This document shows positions 11,591 to 22,375 of a stretch of DNA of 32,000 nucleotides, piece by piece. Location: contig NC_015735.1 in NCBI RefSeq assembly GCF_000219175.1, forward strand, positions 300,001 to 332,000, in the 5' to 3' direction. The stretch comes from Candidatus Moranella endobia PCIT (GTDB lineage: Bacteria > Pseudomonadota > Gammaproteobacteria > Enterobacterales > Enterobacteriaceae). The notes beneath the pieces are model-generated. The model saw only the letters and a list, made by a program, of their open reading frames with translations. It searched no databases and was not told the origin of the DNA. A program made the position numbers and the translations under genes. The number at the start of each line of letters is the position of its first letter. Position 1 is the stretch's first letter.

Positions 11591-11971
11591 CTATTGTTCA
11601 AAAATTACCATGGCGTAGACGTAATACCGCTCATCAGCTAATGTTACATGCATTCTGGTAATTTTTAACCTGCTAGCTAATTCAGCAGCTTGAGCAATCA
11701 ATTGCAATGAAGGTTTTCCCATGGCATCGTTGCAGACCTCAACCTGTGAAAAAGTAAGCCCGTTACGAATACCGGTGCCAAAGGCCTTCGACACTGCTTC
11801 TTTTACAGCAAAACGTTTAGCAAGAAATCGTACCGGCTTATTATGCTGTTGATATTGCAGTAATTCATTTTGACTGAGTATCCGACGTGCTATTTTAGCA
11901 CCTGTGCGGGAAACTACCGCCTCCATTCGCTCCAGCTCGACGATATCGGTACCAATACCAACAATCGCCAT
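11591..11971 (-). CDS. acpS: Holo-[acyl-carrier-protein] synthase
   Basis: [12 protein letters not shown]...[27 protein letters not shown]...EV.ND..GKP...MHVTLADER aligns with the 126-aa E. coli AcpS. ATG at 11971-11969 overlaps the pdxJ stop (TGATG). The ORF-track start at 11980 adds 3 residues. Confidence 0.92.
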   Translation of the reverse strand: MAIVGIGTDIVELERMEAVVSRTGAKIARRILSQNELLQYQQHNKPVRFLAKRFAVKEAVSKAFGTGIRNGLTFSQVEVCNDAMGKPSLQLIAQAAELASRLKITRMHVTLADERYYVYAMVIFEQ

Positions 11972-12702
11972 CAGCAGCATGCTTCATGTATAAGGCGTTT
12001 CATATCTTTTACTGCTTCTTCTAAGCCGCTAAGCACAGCACGACTAATAATGGCATGACCAATATTTAACTCATGCATAAAGGTTATTGCTGCCACTGGT
12101 TTAACATTGTGATAATTAAGACCATGTCCAGCATTAACCTTTAGTCCTAGAGTGGCGGCGTATTGTGCTCCTTGACGGATGCGGGCATACTCTGCCTCAC
12201 GCGAGACCTCGTCCACTGCGTTGGCATAGGCGCCGGTATGAAGTTCAATGTAGGGCGCACCTATATCCGCCGCCGCCTTGATCTGCTGCTCATCGGCCTC
12301 GATAAACAACGAACTCTTAATTCCAGCATCACTCAGTCGAACCACAGCTTGACGTAGTTTATTACGCTGAGCAGCAATATCAAGTCCGCCTTCGGTAGTT
12401 ACTTCATGGCGTTTTTCTGGAACTAGGCAGCAAAAGTTCGGCAATAAGGTACAGGCAATGGCCATCATCTCTTCTGTTACTGCCATTTCTAGATTCATAT
12501 TAGTCTGAATAGTTTGGCGCAATAGCTTAACATCACGATCGTTTATATGACGGCGGTCTTCACGCAAATGTACCGTAATGCTATTTGCTCCAGCTTGTTC
12601 TGCAATAAACGCGGCATGAACTGGATCTGGCCAAGCAGTACCACGCGCATTTCTTAATGTCGCAATGTGATCAATATTTACACCTAGTCGTAATTCAACC
12701 AT
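11971..12702 (-). CDS. pdxJ: Pyridoxine 5'-phosphate synthase
   Basis: [86 protein letters not shown] and [10 protein letters not shown] match E. coli PdxJ. ATG at 12702 is preceded by AGGT 6 nt upstream and gives 243 aa. The ORF-track start at 12729 would overlap clpB. Confidence 0.93.
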   Translation of the reverse strand: MVELRLGVNIDHIATLRNARGTAWPDPVHAAFIAEQAGANSITVHLREDRRHINDRDVKLLRQTIQTNMNLEMAVTEEMMAIACTLLPNFCCLVPEKRHEVTTEGGLDIAAQRNKLRQAVVRLSDAGIKSSLFIEADEQQIKAAADIGAPYIELHTGAYANAVDEVSREAEYARIRQGAQYAATLGLKVNAGHGLNYHNVKPVAAITFMHELNIGHAIISRAVLSGLEEAVKDMKRLIHEACC

Positions 12703-12715
12703 ATTTATACCTAAC

Positions 12716-15289
12716 CTATTGAACAGCAACGATATGATTATTCAATACTTCTAGTTTAACTGGTTTACCTGGTAACAACTGACCTGACAGAATTTGCTGC
12801 GCTAGCGGGTTTTCTATTTCTTGTTGAATGGCACGTTTCATCGGTCGTGCACCATATACAGGATCAAAACCGGATTTACCTAGCAGCACTAACGCTTCGT
12901 CACTTATATTGGCAGTATAACCACGTTCCTCTAAACGTTGGTACAGACGACGCAACTGAATCTGTGCAATCTCTATAATATGATTACGATTTAAAGGATG
13001 AAAAACAACAACTTCATCCACACGGTTAATAAATTCTGGACGAAAATTATGACTTACCACCTCAAGCACGACATCTTTTATCTCAAGATAGTTAATTTGG
13101 TCGAAACGTTCCTGAATAATTTCCGAACCCAAGTTAGAAGTCATTATTATTACAGTATTACGAAAATCAACTGTGCGACCTTGACCATCTGTTAGACGGC
13201 CGTCATCTAAGACTTGCAATAGAATATTAAATACATCTGAATGTGCTTTTTCGATTTCATCTAATAACATTACTGAATAAGGTCTCCTCCGTACCAACTC
13301 TGTTAAATATCCTCCTTCTTCATAACCAACATAACCGGGAGGGGCACCAACTAGTCGTGATACAGAATGTTTTTCCATAAATTCTGACATATCTATACGA
13401 ACCATAGCATCTTCACTATCGAATAAAAAGGTTGCTAGTGCTTTGCACAATTCGGTTTTACCAACTCCAGTTGGTCCAAGAAACATAAAAGAACCAATTG
13501 GCCGATTAGGGTCAGCTAGGCCAGCACGACTTCGTCGAATAGCATTAGATACAGCTGCAACTGCCTCATGCTGCCCAATAACTATCTTCTGTAAATGCTG
13601 CTCCATGCGTACCAACTTTGCCCGTTCACTCTCAAGCATTCTTGAGACCGGGATTCCCGTCCAGCGCGCCAATACTTCAGCTATCTCAATATCGGTAACT
13701 CTGTTACGCAATAGGCGTAGACCTTTGCTCTCTGCTTGTGATGCAGCCTCTAGCTGTTTTTCTAACTCTGGTAGTTTACCATATTGTAATTCTGACATTC
13801 GCGCTAAATCACCGACACGTCTGGCCTGCTCAATAGAAATTTTTGTCTGTTCAAGTTCTGCTTTCAAATTCTGTGTGCCAGATAAAGAAGCTTTCTCTGC
13901 TTTCCATTCTTCTTCAAGTTCCGAATAGTCACGTTCTTTCTTAGTCAGTTCATTATTAAGCATAGTCAGCCGCTTGACACTGGCATCATCCATTTCTTTT
14001 TTTAGCGCCTGTTGTTCCAATTTCAGTTGAATAATTCGCCGCTCTAGACGGTCTAGTTCTTCCGGTTTAGAGTCTATTTGTATGCGAATACTTGATGCGG
14101 CTTCATCAATCAGGTCAATTGCTTTGTCTGGTAGTTGTCTGTCGGCAATATAACGATGAGATAAATTCGCAGCGGCAACGATGGCGGGATCGGTAATTTG
14201 CACATGGTGATGCAGTTCATAACGTTCTTTCAAACCTCGTAGGATAGCAATCGTAGCTTCTACACCGGGCTCGGCAATAAACACCTTTTGAAAACGCCGT
14301 TCCAGTGCAGCATCCTTTTCTATAAATTTGCGATATTCGTTAAGCGTTGTTGCCCCTACGCAGTGTAGTTCGCCGCGTGCCAGCATAGGTTTAAGCATAT
14401 TACTAGCATCCATTGCACCATCTGCCTTGCCAGCTCCTACCATGGTATGTAACTCGTCAATAAATAATATGATATTACCTTCTTGTTTGGACAAATCGTG
14501 CAATACACTTTTTAGTCGTGCTTCAAACTCACCGCGGTATTTCGCCCCTGCGACTAGCGACCCCATATCCAGCGATAATACTCGGTTATTTTTTAATCCT
14601 TCTGGTACCTCGCCGTTGACTATACGCTGAGCTAGTCCTTCTGCAATAGCAGTTTTTCCAACTCCTGGTTCACCTATCAGAACCGGATTATTTTTAGTAC
14701 GACGTTGAAGTACTTGGATCGTACGTCGAATTTCTTCATCACGGCCAATGACTGGGTCAAGTTTTCCTTGTTCAGCATGTTCAGTAAGGTCAATGGTAAA
14801 ATTTTTTAGTGCTTGACGTTGATTTTCCGCGTCCTGATCTTTGACTGGTTCGCCGCCGCGCATTAGATCAATAGCATTGGTTATATTAGCAACAGTAACA
14901 CCGGCTAACTTCATGATTTCAGCCAAAGTTCCTCGTGATTCTAACGATGCAAGAACAAACAGTTCGGAAGAGATAAAACTGTCTGCACGTTTTTGCGCGA
15001 TTTTATCGCATAGGTTCAGCACGCGCACTAGATCTTGTGAAGGCTGTATATCACCTCCTGTGCCATCCACCTGTGGTAGTCGCTCACAAGCCTGCTCTAC
15101 CGCTCTGATCAATGAAACTATATTGATACCAGCAGATTGCAATAGAGGACGTACAGTGCCGCTTTCCTGTTTCAATAGGCATGCCATTACGTGCAATGGT
15201 TCGATGAATTGGTTGTCATGCCCGATGGCCATGGACTGGGCATCGGCGAGGGCCATTTGAAATTTATTAGTAAAACGATCCAGACGCAT
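12716..15289 (-). CDS. clpB: ATP-dependent chaperone/disaggregase ClpB
   Basis: [19 protein letters not shown]..., both AAA+ modules (Walker [11 protein letters not shown] and [10 protein letters not shown]; Walker B ILFIDELH and LLDEIEKAH) and the coiled-coil middle domain are colinear with the 857-aa E. coli ClpB. GGGAGA precedes the ATG at 15289. The ORF-track ATG at 15301 lies inside that SD. Confidence 0.97.
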   Translation of the reverse strand: MRLDRFTNKFQMALADAQSMAIGHDNQFIEPLHVMACLLKQESGTVRPLLQSAGINIVSLIRAVEQACERLPQVDGTGGDIQPSQDLVRVLNLCDKIAQKRADSFISSELFVLASLESRGTLAEIMKLAGVTVANITNAIDLMRGGEPVKDQDAENQRQALKNFTIDLTEHAEQGKLDPVIGRDEEIRRTIQVLQRRTKNNPVLIGEPGVGKTAIAEGLAQRIVNGEVPEGLKNNRVLSLDMGSLVAGAKYRGEFEARLKSVLHDLSKQEGNIILFIDELHTMVGAGKADGAMDASNMLKPMLARGELHCVGATTLNEYRKFIEKDAALERRFQKVFIAEPGVEATIAILRGLKERYELHHHVQITDPAIVAAANLSHRYIADRQLPDKAIDLIDEAASSIRIQIDSKPEELDRLERRIIQLKLEQQALKKEMDDASVKRLTMLNNELTKKERDYSELEEEWKAEKASLSGTQNLKAELEQTKISIEQARRVGDLARMSELQYGKLPELEKQLEAASQAESKGLRLLRNRVTDIEIAEVLARWTGIPVSRMLESERAKLVRMEQHLQKIVIGQHEAVAAVSNAIRRSRAGLADPNRPIGSFMFLGPTGVGKTELCKALATFLFDSEDAMVRIDMSEFMEKHSVSRLVGAPPGYVGYEEGGYLTELVRRRPYSVMLLDEIEKAHSDVFNILLQVLDDGRLTDGQGRTVDFRNTVIIMTSNLGSEIIQERFDQINYLEIKDVVLEVVSHNFRPEFINRVDEVVVFHPLNRNHIIEIAQIQLRRLYQRLEERGYTANISDEALVLLGKSGFDPVYGARPMKRAIQQEIENPLAQQILSGQLLPGKPVKLEVLNNHIVAVQ

Positions 15290-15441
15290 AATTTCTCCCA
15301 TTTTGGTAACTAATATTACTATAAGCGTAAATTATTGTTCTTGATCGTTCAGTTTAATAACTGATGTCAGCAAAATTAAATCTACCATTTGATGATACCT
15401 GCTAGTTTAAGTTAAACCAATTACTTACTTAATCAATCAGT

Positions 15442-16422
15442 TTACAAACAATAACGACTTTCTTTTAACTGTTTGGTGTCTTCTTTTAACGCTGCTATCA
15501 AAGTCACCATATCCTGTGGCATTGGAGCATACCATTCCATTGGAATGGAGGTAATAGGATGGTAAAGCCGTAGAAAAGTGGAATGGAGCGCCTGACGATC
15601 AAAACGACACAATACATCATTAAGTGCTTTGGAAGCATATTTTGATAATCGCGGCCGCTTACCGTACAAGGGATCACCCACGATTGGATGATTGAGATGC
15701 GCCATATGCACGCGAATCTGATGGGTGCGGCCAGTCTCTAAACACAATATTAAGCGGGTATGGGCGCGAAATTGCTCCATAATACGGTAATGGGTCACCG
15801 CTGGCTTACCCAGCGAGTGTGTCACCATTTGTTTGCGCTTGATTGTGTGACGAGCGATTGGCTGCTCAACAGTGCCATTGGCGGTCATAGTGCCAATAAC
15901 AATCGCTTCGTATTTACGGGTAATTTCATGCGCCTGTAGCGACTCTATCAGGCGAGTTTGTGCTGTTACGTTTTTGGCTACCACTATCAAACCAGTGGTA
16001 TCTTTGTCAAGACGATGGACTATACCAGCACGAGGTACAGCTATGATAGAAGGTATATAGTACAGTAGCGCGTTTAACATGGTGCCATCAGTATTTCCAG
16101 CGCCAGGGTGTACCACCTGATTACGCGGCTTATTAATTATAAGTAGAGCTTCATCTTCATAAACGATATTTAACGGGATAGCTTGCGCTTCCCAGCATGG
16201 TTCTTCGTCGATCAATGCTTGTATCTTAATACACTCACCACCAAGCATTTTTGTTTTAGGTATCACCTTAACTAGTTCGTTTACCCACACCAAACCTGCA
16301 AGTATCCAGGTTTTTATCTGTGATCGGGAATAATCAGGAAACATTTTAGCCAAAGTATAATCCAGACGTTGCCCGCATTGTGATTCCTTAACTGTACCTG
16401 TAAGAATTTTAGCATGTTTCAT
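15442..16422 (-). CDS. rluD: 23S rRNA pseudouridine(1911/1915/1917) synthase RluD
   Basis: The S4-like N-terminus (GQRLD..LA.MFPDYSRS.IK.WI), the catalytic HRLDKDTTGL.VVAK, and ETGRTHQIRVHMAH..HP.VGDP.YG and DRQALH...L.L.HP blocks match E. coli RluD (326 aa in both). Confidence 0.94.
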   Translation of the reverse strand: MKHAKILTGTVKESQCGQRLDYTLAKMFPDYSRSQIKTWILAGLVWVNELVKVIPKTKMLGGECIKIQALIDEEPCWEAQAIPLNIVYEDEALLIINKPRNQVVHPGAGNTDGTMLNALLYYIPSIIAVPRAGIVHRLDKDTTGLIVVAKNVTAQTRLIESLQAHEITRKYEAIVIGTMTANGTVEQPIARHTIKRKQMVTHSLGKPAVTHYRIMEQFRAHTRLILCLETGRTHQIRVHMAHLNHPIVGDPLYGKRPRLSKYASKALNDVLCRFDRQALHSTFLRLYHPITSIPMEWYAPMPQDMVTLIAALKEDTKQLKESRYCL

Positions 16423-16479
16423 GGCATAATGTATCTTAGTTAACTATGTCGCGTGTGCTGAAGAGTTCATGGTTAATCA

Positions 16480-17838
16480 TCACTGACCAGCGATCTTCAT
16501 CGCCGATAACAGGACCGAGCCGCATTGAATATTATTGCGTGTTTCAGTATCTTGACCTACACTAACAATATTGCGTAGCATATCACGCAGGTTACCGGCA
16601 ATGGTGATCCCGCTAACAGCATATTGTATTTCGCCGTTTTGCACCCAGAAACCAGCGGCGCCTCGTGAATAGTCGCCTGTAATGATATTGATTCCTTGCC
16701 CCATTAGTTCTGTTACCATCAACCCACGATCCATCTGTTTCAGTAATCCGGTTAAATCAGTCTGCTGTTGGGAAATGCACCAATTGTATATACCACCGGC
16801 ATGGCCGGTGCTTTTTAGACCCAATTTGCGCGCTGCATAACTATTTAGCAGCCAAGTACTAAGCAATCCATCCTGGACTATCACCATATTACGAGTCCTA
16901 ACACCTTCACTGTCAAACGGAGCAGAAGCCAGGCCTTTTTGCAGGTGGGGATATTCGTTTATGGATAACCACTCTGGCAGAACAGCCTGTCCTAGTAAAT
17001 CTAGTAAAAAAGTTGACTTACGATATATATTTTCGCCGCTGATAGCCTCTACCAGAGGACCAAAAAGACCATTGGTCACTTCAGCAGCAAACAATACTGG
17101 CACCTCCATGGTAAGCAGCTTGCGCGGATATAGGTGCGTAACAGTACGGCGCGCGCATTCCTCACCTACCCATTGCGGTAATCGTAAATCTTTGAAGTCG
17201 CGGCCGATGGTATAGGCGTAATTACGTTCCATCTTGCTGCCACTTCCAGCTATAACGCTACATGAAAGAGAGTGGAGGCTGCTGCTGTAACTTTGTAGCA
17301 TCCCATGGCTATTACCGAAAATGTGGGTACTAAAATGGCTATTAAAGTTGCCCCCTGCGGTTTGAGTAATGCGTTTATCGCTATCTAGGGCTGTCTGTTC
17401 TGCTTCGGCAGCCAGGGCAATTCCACGTTCAGCGTCTAGCTCAACTGGGTGGAATAAATCTAAATCAGGCGCTTCAAATGCTAACAGTTGTTTATCTGCT
17501 AACCCTGCTGCTGGATCTGGAGAGGTATAACGTACAATATTTACCGCAGCATCGACGGTGTTGGCAATGGCTTCCTGACTTAGATTGGTAGATGAAGCAC
17601 TGCCTTTGCGTTGCTGATAATAAACATTTATACTCAGGACACTATCGCTGTTAAATTCAACATTCTCAACCTCACCATAGCGGGTGCTAATGCTGATTCC
17701 AGTGGTTTTGGTCACTGCCACTTCAGCGTCAGTTGACCTAGAACGAGCCATATCTAACGCCTGCGCGACCACGTGTTCTAAACGTTTGCGTTGTTGGGTC
17801 ACCTGATTAACTACATGCATAGTATTGTGATTATTCAT
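16480..17838 (-). CDS. pmbA: Metalloprotease PmbA (TldE)
   Basis: [74 protein letters not shown] and [55 protein letters not shown] are as in E. coli PmbA. Confidence 0.94.
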   Translation of the reverse strand: MNNHNTMHVVNQVTQQRKRLEHVVAQALDMARSRSTDAEVAVTKTTGISISTRYGEVENVEFNSDSVLSINVYYQQRKGSASSTNLSQEAIANTVDAAVNIVRYTSPDPAAGLADKQLLAFEAPDLDLFHPVELDAERGIALAAEAEQTALDSDKRITQTAGGNFNSHFSTHIFGNSHGMLQSYSSSLHSLSCSVIAGSGSKMERNYAYTIGRDFKDLRLPQWVGEECARRTVTHLYPRKLLTMEVPVLFAAEVTNGLFGPLVEAISGENIYRKSTFLLDLLGQAVLPEWLSINEYPHLQKGLASAPFDSEGVRTRNMVIVQDGLLSTWLLNSYAARKLGLKSTGHAGGIYNWCISQQQTDLTGLLKQMDRGLMVTELMGQGINIITGDYSRGAAGFWVQNGEIQYAVSGITIAGNLRDMLRNIVSVGQDTETRNNIQCGSVLLSAMKIAGQ

Positions 17839-17877
17839 AGAGCCTGATCTGCTAATAATATAATATAGCTGAATGTC

Positions 17878-17910
17878 AGTTGCACATTTAATAACAGCAA
17901 ATGTGCAACT
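17878..17910. repeat. Perfect 12-bp-stem hairpin, first of three in the pmbA-rdgC spacer
   Basis: AGTTGCACATTT (17878-17889), a 9-nt loop, then AAATGTGCAACT (17899-17910), followed by AATTTTAA on the plus strand. Confidence 0.8.
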
Positions 17911-17940
17911 AATTTTAACATCATATCTTAGGTTGAACCA

Positions 17941-17993
17941 AATACGAGTAGTAAATTACTCGGTATTATTCAGTACAGATTTTCAATCTGTAC
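17941..17993. repeat. Two further adjacent hairpins
   Basis: AATACGAGTA / TACTCGGTATT (17941-17967) forms a 10-bp stem with one bulge. GTACAGATT TTC AATCTGTAC (17973-17993) forms a perfect 9-bp stem. Confidence 0.75.
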
Positions 17994-18328
17994 AATCATG
18001 AAATTAAAAATTAACTTTAGGGTTACCGTTATTTGTTAGCTGGCATAGTCTCATTTTTTACATATAATTACGGTACGCTACTGCTCAGTTGTAAAATTTC
18101 AATATACCATTATAAAATGGTAAATATATTCTATAAAAGTAACCACCAATGGTAATTTAATTTGTTTTATAATGTACTATGATCACTTAGTACTTAGTAC
18201 TATGATGATTAGTTTGAATAGTTAGTTAGAAGAAGAGCCAACACGTTGTTAGTATGCGTGTTTTAAAAGTAAATAGCTAGCCTAGCAAATAGCACCAATG
18301 TTAATTAGTCCAGTTAGGAATCTATCTT

Positions 18329-19234
18329 ATGTTGTGGTTTAAGAATGCCATGATTTATCGGTTAAAGATGCCGCTTCAGCTATCGAGCGCTCAACTAGAA
18401 CAACAGTTGTCCGCCTTCGCTTTCACTCCATGTGGTAGTCAAGATATGGTCCACTTTGGGTGGGTTCCTCCTATGGGTACCAAAAGCGATACTTTAGTAA
18501 AAGCAATACCGGGACATTTACTGCTTTGTCTAAGTAAAGAAGAAAAAATTCTTCCGTCCTCAGTGATTAAGCATGAACTGCAGGATAAGATTACTAAATT
18601 AGAACATGAAAAAAGACGAAAACTGCGAAAAATAGAAAAAGATGTACTAAGAGACGAGGTGTTGCACACCTTAGTGCCTCGTGCTTTCAGTCGTTTTAGT
18701 AAGACATTACTATGGCTAGATCTGGTAACCAATCTAGTGCTAATTGACGCTATGAGTACAAAAAAAGCAGAAGAGTGTTTAGCACTGCTGCGTAAATCTA
18801 TCGGTTCGTTACCAGTGGTGCCTCTGACCATGGAAAGACCAATTGAAATAATCCTTACTGATTGGGTCAGCAGAGGAGATCCTACCGCAGGCTTCTTTAT
18901 TCAAGATGAAGCGGAACTGAAAGCTATTCTAGAAGAAGGTGGTATTGTTCGTTGTAAAAAGCAGGATTTATCTAGTGAAGAAATAGCTGGCCATATAAAG
19001 GCTGGCAAACTAGTGACAAAACTGGCGCTGGATTGGCGGGATCGAATACAGTTTGTTCTTAGTGGTGATGGTATGGTGAAACGTTTGAAATTTTCTAATA
19101 AGCTGCGCGCGCAGAATGCTGATCTTGATTGCGATGGGGTTGCTGCCCGTTTCACTGCAGATTTTATTTTAATGACGAGTGAATTAGCCGCCTTAATCAC
19201 TGAGCTAATTGCAGCTATTGGTGGTGAGGTATAG
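18329..19234 (+). CDS. rdgC: Recombination-associated protein RdgC
   Basis: [19 protein letters not shown]...[48 protein letters not shown] and KLALDW..RIQFV are colinear with E. coli RdgC. Confidence 0.94.
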   Translation: MLWFKNAMIYRLKMPLQLSSAQLEQQLSAFAFTPCGSQDMVHFGWVPPMGTKSDTLVKAIPGHLLLCLSKEEKILPSSVIKHELQDKITKLEHEKRRKLRKIEKDVLRDEVLHTLVPRAFSRFSKTLLWLDLVTNLVLIDAMSTKKAEECLALLRKSIGSLPVVPLTMERPIEIILTDWVSRGDPTAGFFIQDEAELKAILEEGGIVRCKKQDLSSEEIAGHIKAGKLVTKLALDWRDRIQFVLSGDGMVKRLKFSNKLRAQNADLDCDGVAARFTADFILMTSELAALITELIAAIGGEV

Positions 19235-19434
19235 GTAGCATTAACTGTGCCTTTAGGCAAAAATTTTGCTGCGACGGAATAGGTAGACCAAATACAACGG
19301 TATAAATATTTGCTAGTAATTAGCATTAGCTACTATCGCAAGTACTTCAAGCACTTAACATAACAAAACTAGCTAATTAATACTGTAACAGCGTAAGCGT
19401 TGTGTCCTTTTTTTTACATAAAGGATATGCAATA

Positions 19435-19866
19435 ATGACAAGACGCAACTGGCTATTACAACAATTGGGAATTAAAAAATGGAAGCTTCGGTGTCCTGCT
19501 GCTGTATTACCGGGGGCAATAGCTTTTACTACTACATTACCGGACCATATTCGTTTATTACTGGTAGCCTACTCGCTACCGCCAGTTGATCATCAACTTG
19601 TAGTAGACGTCGCGCGTAGCATGGCGATAACCCCGGCGCAGATATACAGAGTAACGCCTAAGCAGGTGATGCTACTGCAACAGAATAGCGTCCGCTGCTA
19701 TTGCTGGTGGCTTGGTCTAGACGTCCTACGGAATTTTGCTGGCATTTCTTTTAATACGCCACCTCTTGCGGTACTGTCATCAAATGTTGGCGCTAAGTGT
19801 GAGCTATGGCACCGAATAAGTACCATCATATTACATACCGCTGCTATTAGTTGTAGGCTTGATTGA
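19435..19866 (+). CDS. holD: DNA polymerase III subunit psi
   Basis: MTRRNWLLQQLGIKKWKLRCPAAVLPG aligns with E. coli HolD MTSRRDWQLQQLGITQWSLRRPGALQG. HIRLLLVA matches HVRLVMVA, and the ITP.Q....TP.Q..ML and W.LG blocks follow. AAGGA lies 9 nt upstream of the ATG at 19435. The ORF-track start at 19402 is an upstream alternative-start extension. Confidence 0.8.
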   Translation: MTRRNWLLQQLGIKKWKLRCPAAVLPGAIAFTTTLPDHIRLLLVAYSLPPVDHQLVVDVARSMAITPAQIYRVTPKQVMLLQQNSVRCYCWWLGLDVLRNFAGISFNTPPLAVLSSNVGAKCELWHRISTIILHTAAISCRLD

Positions 19867-20117
19867 TATTTAACCAATATTACCCTGACCAGACATTATA
19901 CAATCTACCTGTATTGTACCTAATTCCTAATAGCGCCGATGGATAAAATTTAATGCTTTAGCCAGTATTGTTAGGTCCGCTCGGGAATAATGATGTATAA
20001 AAAAATGATGCATAAAATATGCGGCATATCCTCAGTTATTTTTTTTTGATACTTTTACCTGCTGCGGTACGATGCAAATAGATAGCTAATTAAATAGAGA
20101 GCACGGGGCATGCTACA

Positions 20118-21113
20118 CTACTTTGTTCTGATGCCGTACGGCAGTGGCCATGCAGCCAAAGCGCCAGTATAGTCATTGCAAACACGCAATATACTGTCAG
20201 CCACGAGATCATTGTTCAAAATAGCTTGTATCCATACACTGCTGTTCTCCAGCCTGCATGCTGCGAGCACCGTACCAGTACGCCGCCAATTGTTGCCCAC
20301 TTTTAGTTCCAAATAGTCGCCGGCATTGGGTAGTTGGCAGGCGTTGCCCACCAGCCAGTACAGTGCACGCTTATTCACACCTAGATATTGGGCTCGCGCT
20401 ACCATTTCCTGACCGATATAGCAGCCTTTATGAAAACTAATGCCGTCCAGGGCCTGGATATTAGCTGCCTGCGGAATAAACTTTGCGCTATTGGCGCTGT
20501 CGATAATTGGATAGCCTGCCTCAATATCCAGCGCAAGCCATTGAAGACTATTATTAAGCTTTGCTTTACCTTCAAGCTGCTTGATCAAATTTTCGCGCAC
20601 TGCCGGCGTTGTTACCAGTAAAAAGCGTGGCTTGGGTAGATTTAAATAAAGTATAGTAGTGTCAGGATAATGTTTTACTGGCTCACACACATCGGGGATG
20701 TTAGTAAATAGGCTGCCAAGTGCAGCAGGTGCTTGAAAACCAGCTATGCCCAGTAATACCGCCTTATTATCTACGTAGATTGTGGTGTTGTCAAAAATGG
20801 CATACTTTTTTAGTGCCGTACTCTGGCTATCACATATGCTGCGCCTTTCTATAAAGGCTATGCCTTCAATATGATGAAATACACACATATTGCTTAACAT
20901 TTTACCTGCGGCATTGCAATGAGCAGCAAAGCTAAAACGATTAATCTCCAACGATAAGACATCGCAAGTTAACTGACACTGTAGGAATTTTAAACTATCA
21001 GCACCATGAAGCATAATCAACGACCAATCATCCAGAGACATAAGCGTCAATGGCAAATAATGGGATGGCAATGGACAACGTTGAGGAAAAATAACTTGAG
21101 CTTGAGATAACAA
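20118..21113 (-). CDS. ygfZ: Folate-binding tRNA-modification / Fe-S-associated protein YgfZ
   Basis: LPLTLMSLDDWSL....GADS.KF.Q.Q.T.DV, AAHC.A.GKM.SN, ERRS......LKKYA.F, NNS.QWLALDIEAG.P.ID.ANS..FIPQA.N.QAL.GISF.KGCY.GQEMVARA and NWRR.GTVLAA match E. coli YgfZ. The in-frame start is TTG at 21113-21111, with AGGA 7 nt upstream. Confidence 0.9.
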   Translation of the reverse strand: MLSQAQVIFPQRCPLPSHYLPLTLMSLDDWSLIMLHGADSLKFLQCQLTCDVLSLEINRFSFAAHCNAAGKMLSNMCVFHHIEGIAFIERRSICDSQSTALKKYAIFDNTTIYVDNKAVLLGIAGFQAPAALGSLFTNIPDVCEPVKHYPDTTILYLNLPKPRFLLVTTPAVRENLIKQLEGKAKLNNSLQWLALDIEAGYPIIDSANSAKFIPQAANIQALDGISFHKGCYIGQEMVARAQYLGVNKRALYWLVGNACQLPNAGDYLELKVGNNWRRTGTVLAACRLENSSVWIQAILNNDLVADSILRVCNDYTGALAAWPLPYGIRTK

Positions 21114-21272
21114 TAAACATTCCTGTAGGTAAGTAGTATTAGATAAGTAGAGGAGTAGTATTAGAATTATAGTAAATAAATACCGGTAGTTTGCCAGCTG
21201 ATAGGACTGACAATAAAGTTTAACATCTATATATATAGATATTTATTAGATATATATCATCTAGCGCTGCTC

Positions 21273-22115
21273 CTAATAACGGTAAGCCCAGACTATCATA
21301 ATTACGCCAGTTATAATCATTGGTAGCGACAAAATCTGCCCTATGCTGATAATGCCTCTAAACAGGCCTAATTGGGTATCTGGCTGGCGAACAAACTCTA
21401 CCAAAAGACGAAAAACGCCGTAGTAAATAAGAAAAAAACCAGAGACGCTGCCGATAGGCCGTTGCTTGCTGCGGATAAACAAATTTAGCATAATAAATAG
21501 CACTATTCCTTCAAGGAGCATTTCGTAGATCTGTGATGGATGGCGAGGGAGCACTCCATATCGCTCGAATAACTCTTGCAATTGCGGATTAGCAGGCAGC
21601 AGCGCTAAATCTTCCTCCCGTGAACCAGGAAAAAGCATCGCCCAGGGTGTATCAGTTGTGACCCGTCCCCATAACTCGCCATTGATAAAATTACCTAAAC
21701 GGCCAGCACCTAAACCAAATGGTACTATAGGAGCGATAAAATCTGTCACCAGGGTGAAATGACGTCGGGTGCGATGAGCAAACCATAGCATAACAACTAT
21801 AACCCCTATCAAACCACCGTGAAATGACATGCCGCCGTCCCATACCATCAATAGATAAATTGGATTCGCTAAAAATAGCGGTAGGTGGTAAAATACCATA
21901 TAACCGATACGGCCGCCGAGAAACAAACCAATAAAACCTGCATACAGAAGAGTTTCAACTTCTGCTTTACGCCATCCATTCGCGCGCCGTCCCGCCAACC
22001 ATATGGTAAAAAAGAAGCCCAATAGATACATCAAACCATACCAGTGCAGGGAAAACAGGCCAATAGAAAAAATAATGGGGTCTAACTGAGGAAAGGTAAG
22101 ATAAGAGGTCTGCAT
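21273..22115 (-). CDS. lgt: Phosphatidylglycerol-prolipoprotein diacylglyceryl transferase
   Basis: SYL.FP..DP.IFSIG....[87 protein letters not shown] and GQILS.PMI..GVIM.VWAYR match E. coli Lgt. ATG at 22115 aligns with the E. coli start. The ORF-track start at 22127 is a TTG four codons upstream. Confidence 0.93.
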   Translation of the reverse strand: MQTSYLTFPQLDPIIFSIGLFSLHWYGLMYLLGFFFTIWLAGRRANGWRKAEVETLLYAGFIGLFLGGRIGYMVFYHLPLFLANPIYLLMVWDGGMSFHGGLIGVIVVMLWFAHRTRRHFTLVTDFIAPIVPFGLGAGRLGNFINGELWGRVTTDTPWAMLFPGSREEDLALLPANPQLQELFERYGVLPRHPSQIYEMLLEGIVLFIMLNLFIRSKQRPIGSVSGFFLIYYGVFRLLVEFVRQPDTQLGLFRGIISIGQILSLPMIITGVIMIVWAYRY

Positions 22116-22375
22116 CCTAAACCACAAAGTTTTCTTGTTATTATCATTATGCAGGGCGGCCGTTTGGTACAGATATTATAGGCATAATTGTCTACTGAAC
22201 TACGTATGCTGCTGTGTTTTGCTGTAAATAAGTTAGGTGCGCCAAGCTACAGAATGTTATGCGCAGCTTGCGATGCCTAATCCTGCCGCAACACACCAAT
22301 TGTGCAGCAGAGCTAGTTACTTCGGTGTTAAATATTGCACGTTTAAGAATAACCATATACGGTTAGTGAAGTTAA

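Noticed and set aside
13443-15260. Plus-strand ORFs of 100-161 aa (13443-13928, 14328-14630, 14841-15260), and similar antisense ORFs over rdgC (18439-19326), mrdB (26394-26792), prfA (3011-3416), prmC (4178-4481) and others
   Set aside because: Each is fully antisense to, or out of frame within, a gene with near-complete homology to a known protein. They have Ser/Arg/Cys-rich shadow-frame composition and no SD or start context.
19980-20045. 19-codon sORF MMYKKMMHKICGISSVIFF followed by a T-run, in the holD-ygfZ spacer
   Set aside because: It has no convincing SD and low-complexity AT-rich sequence, and I recognised no homolog. I also looked for a rimI remnant here, since rimI is the usual holD neighbour, but saw no recognisable similarity.
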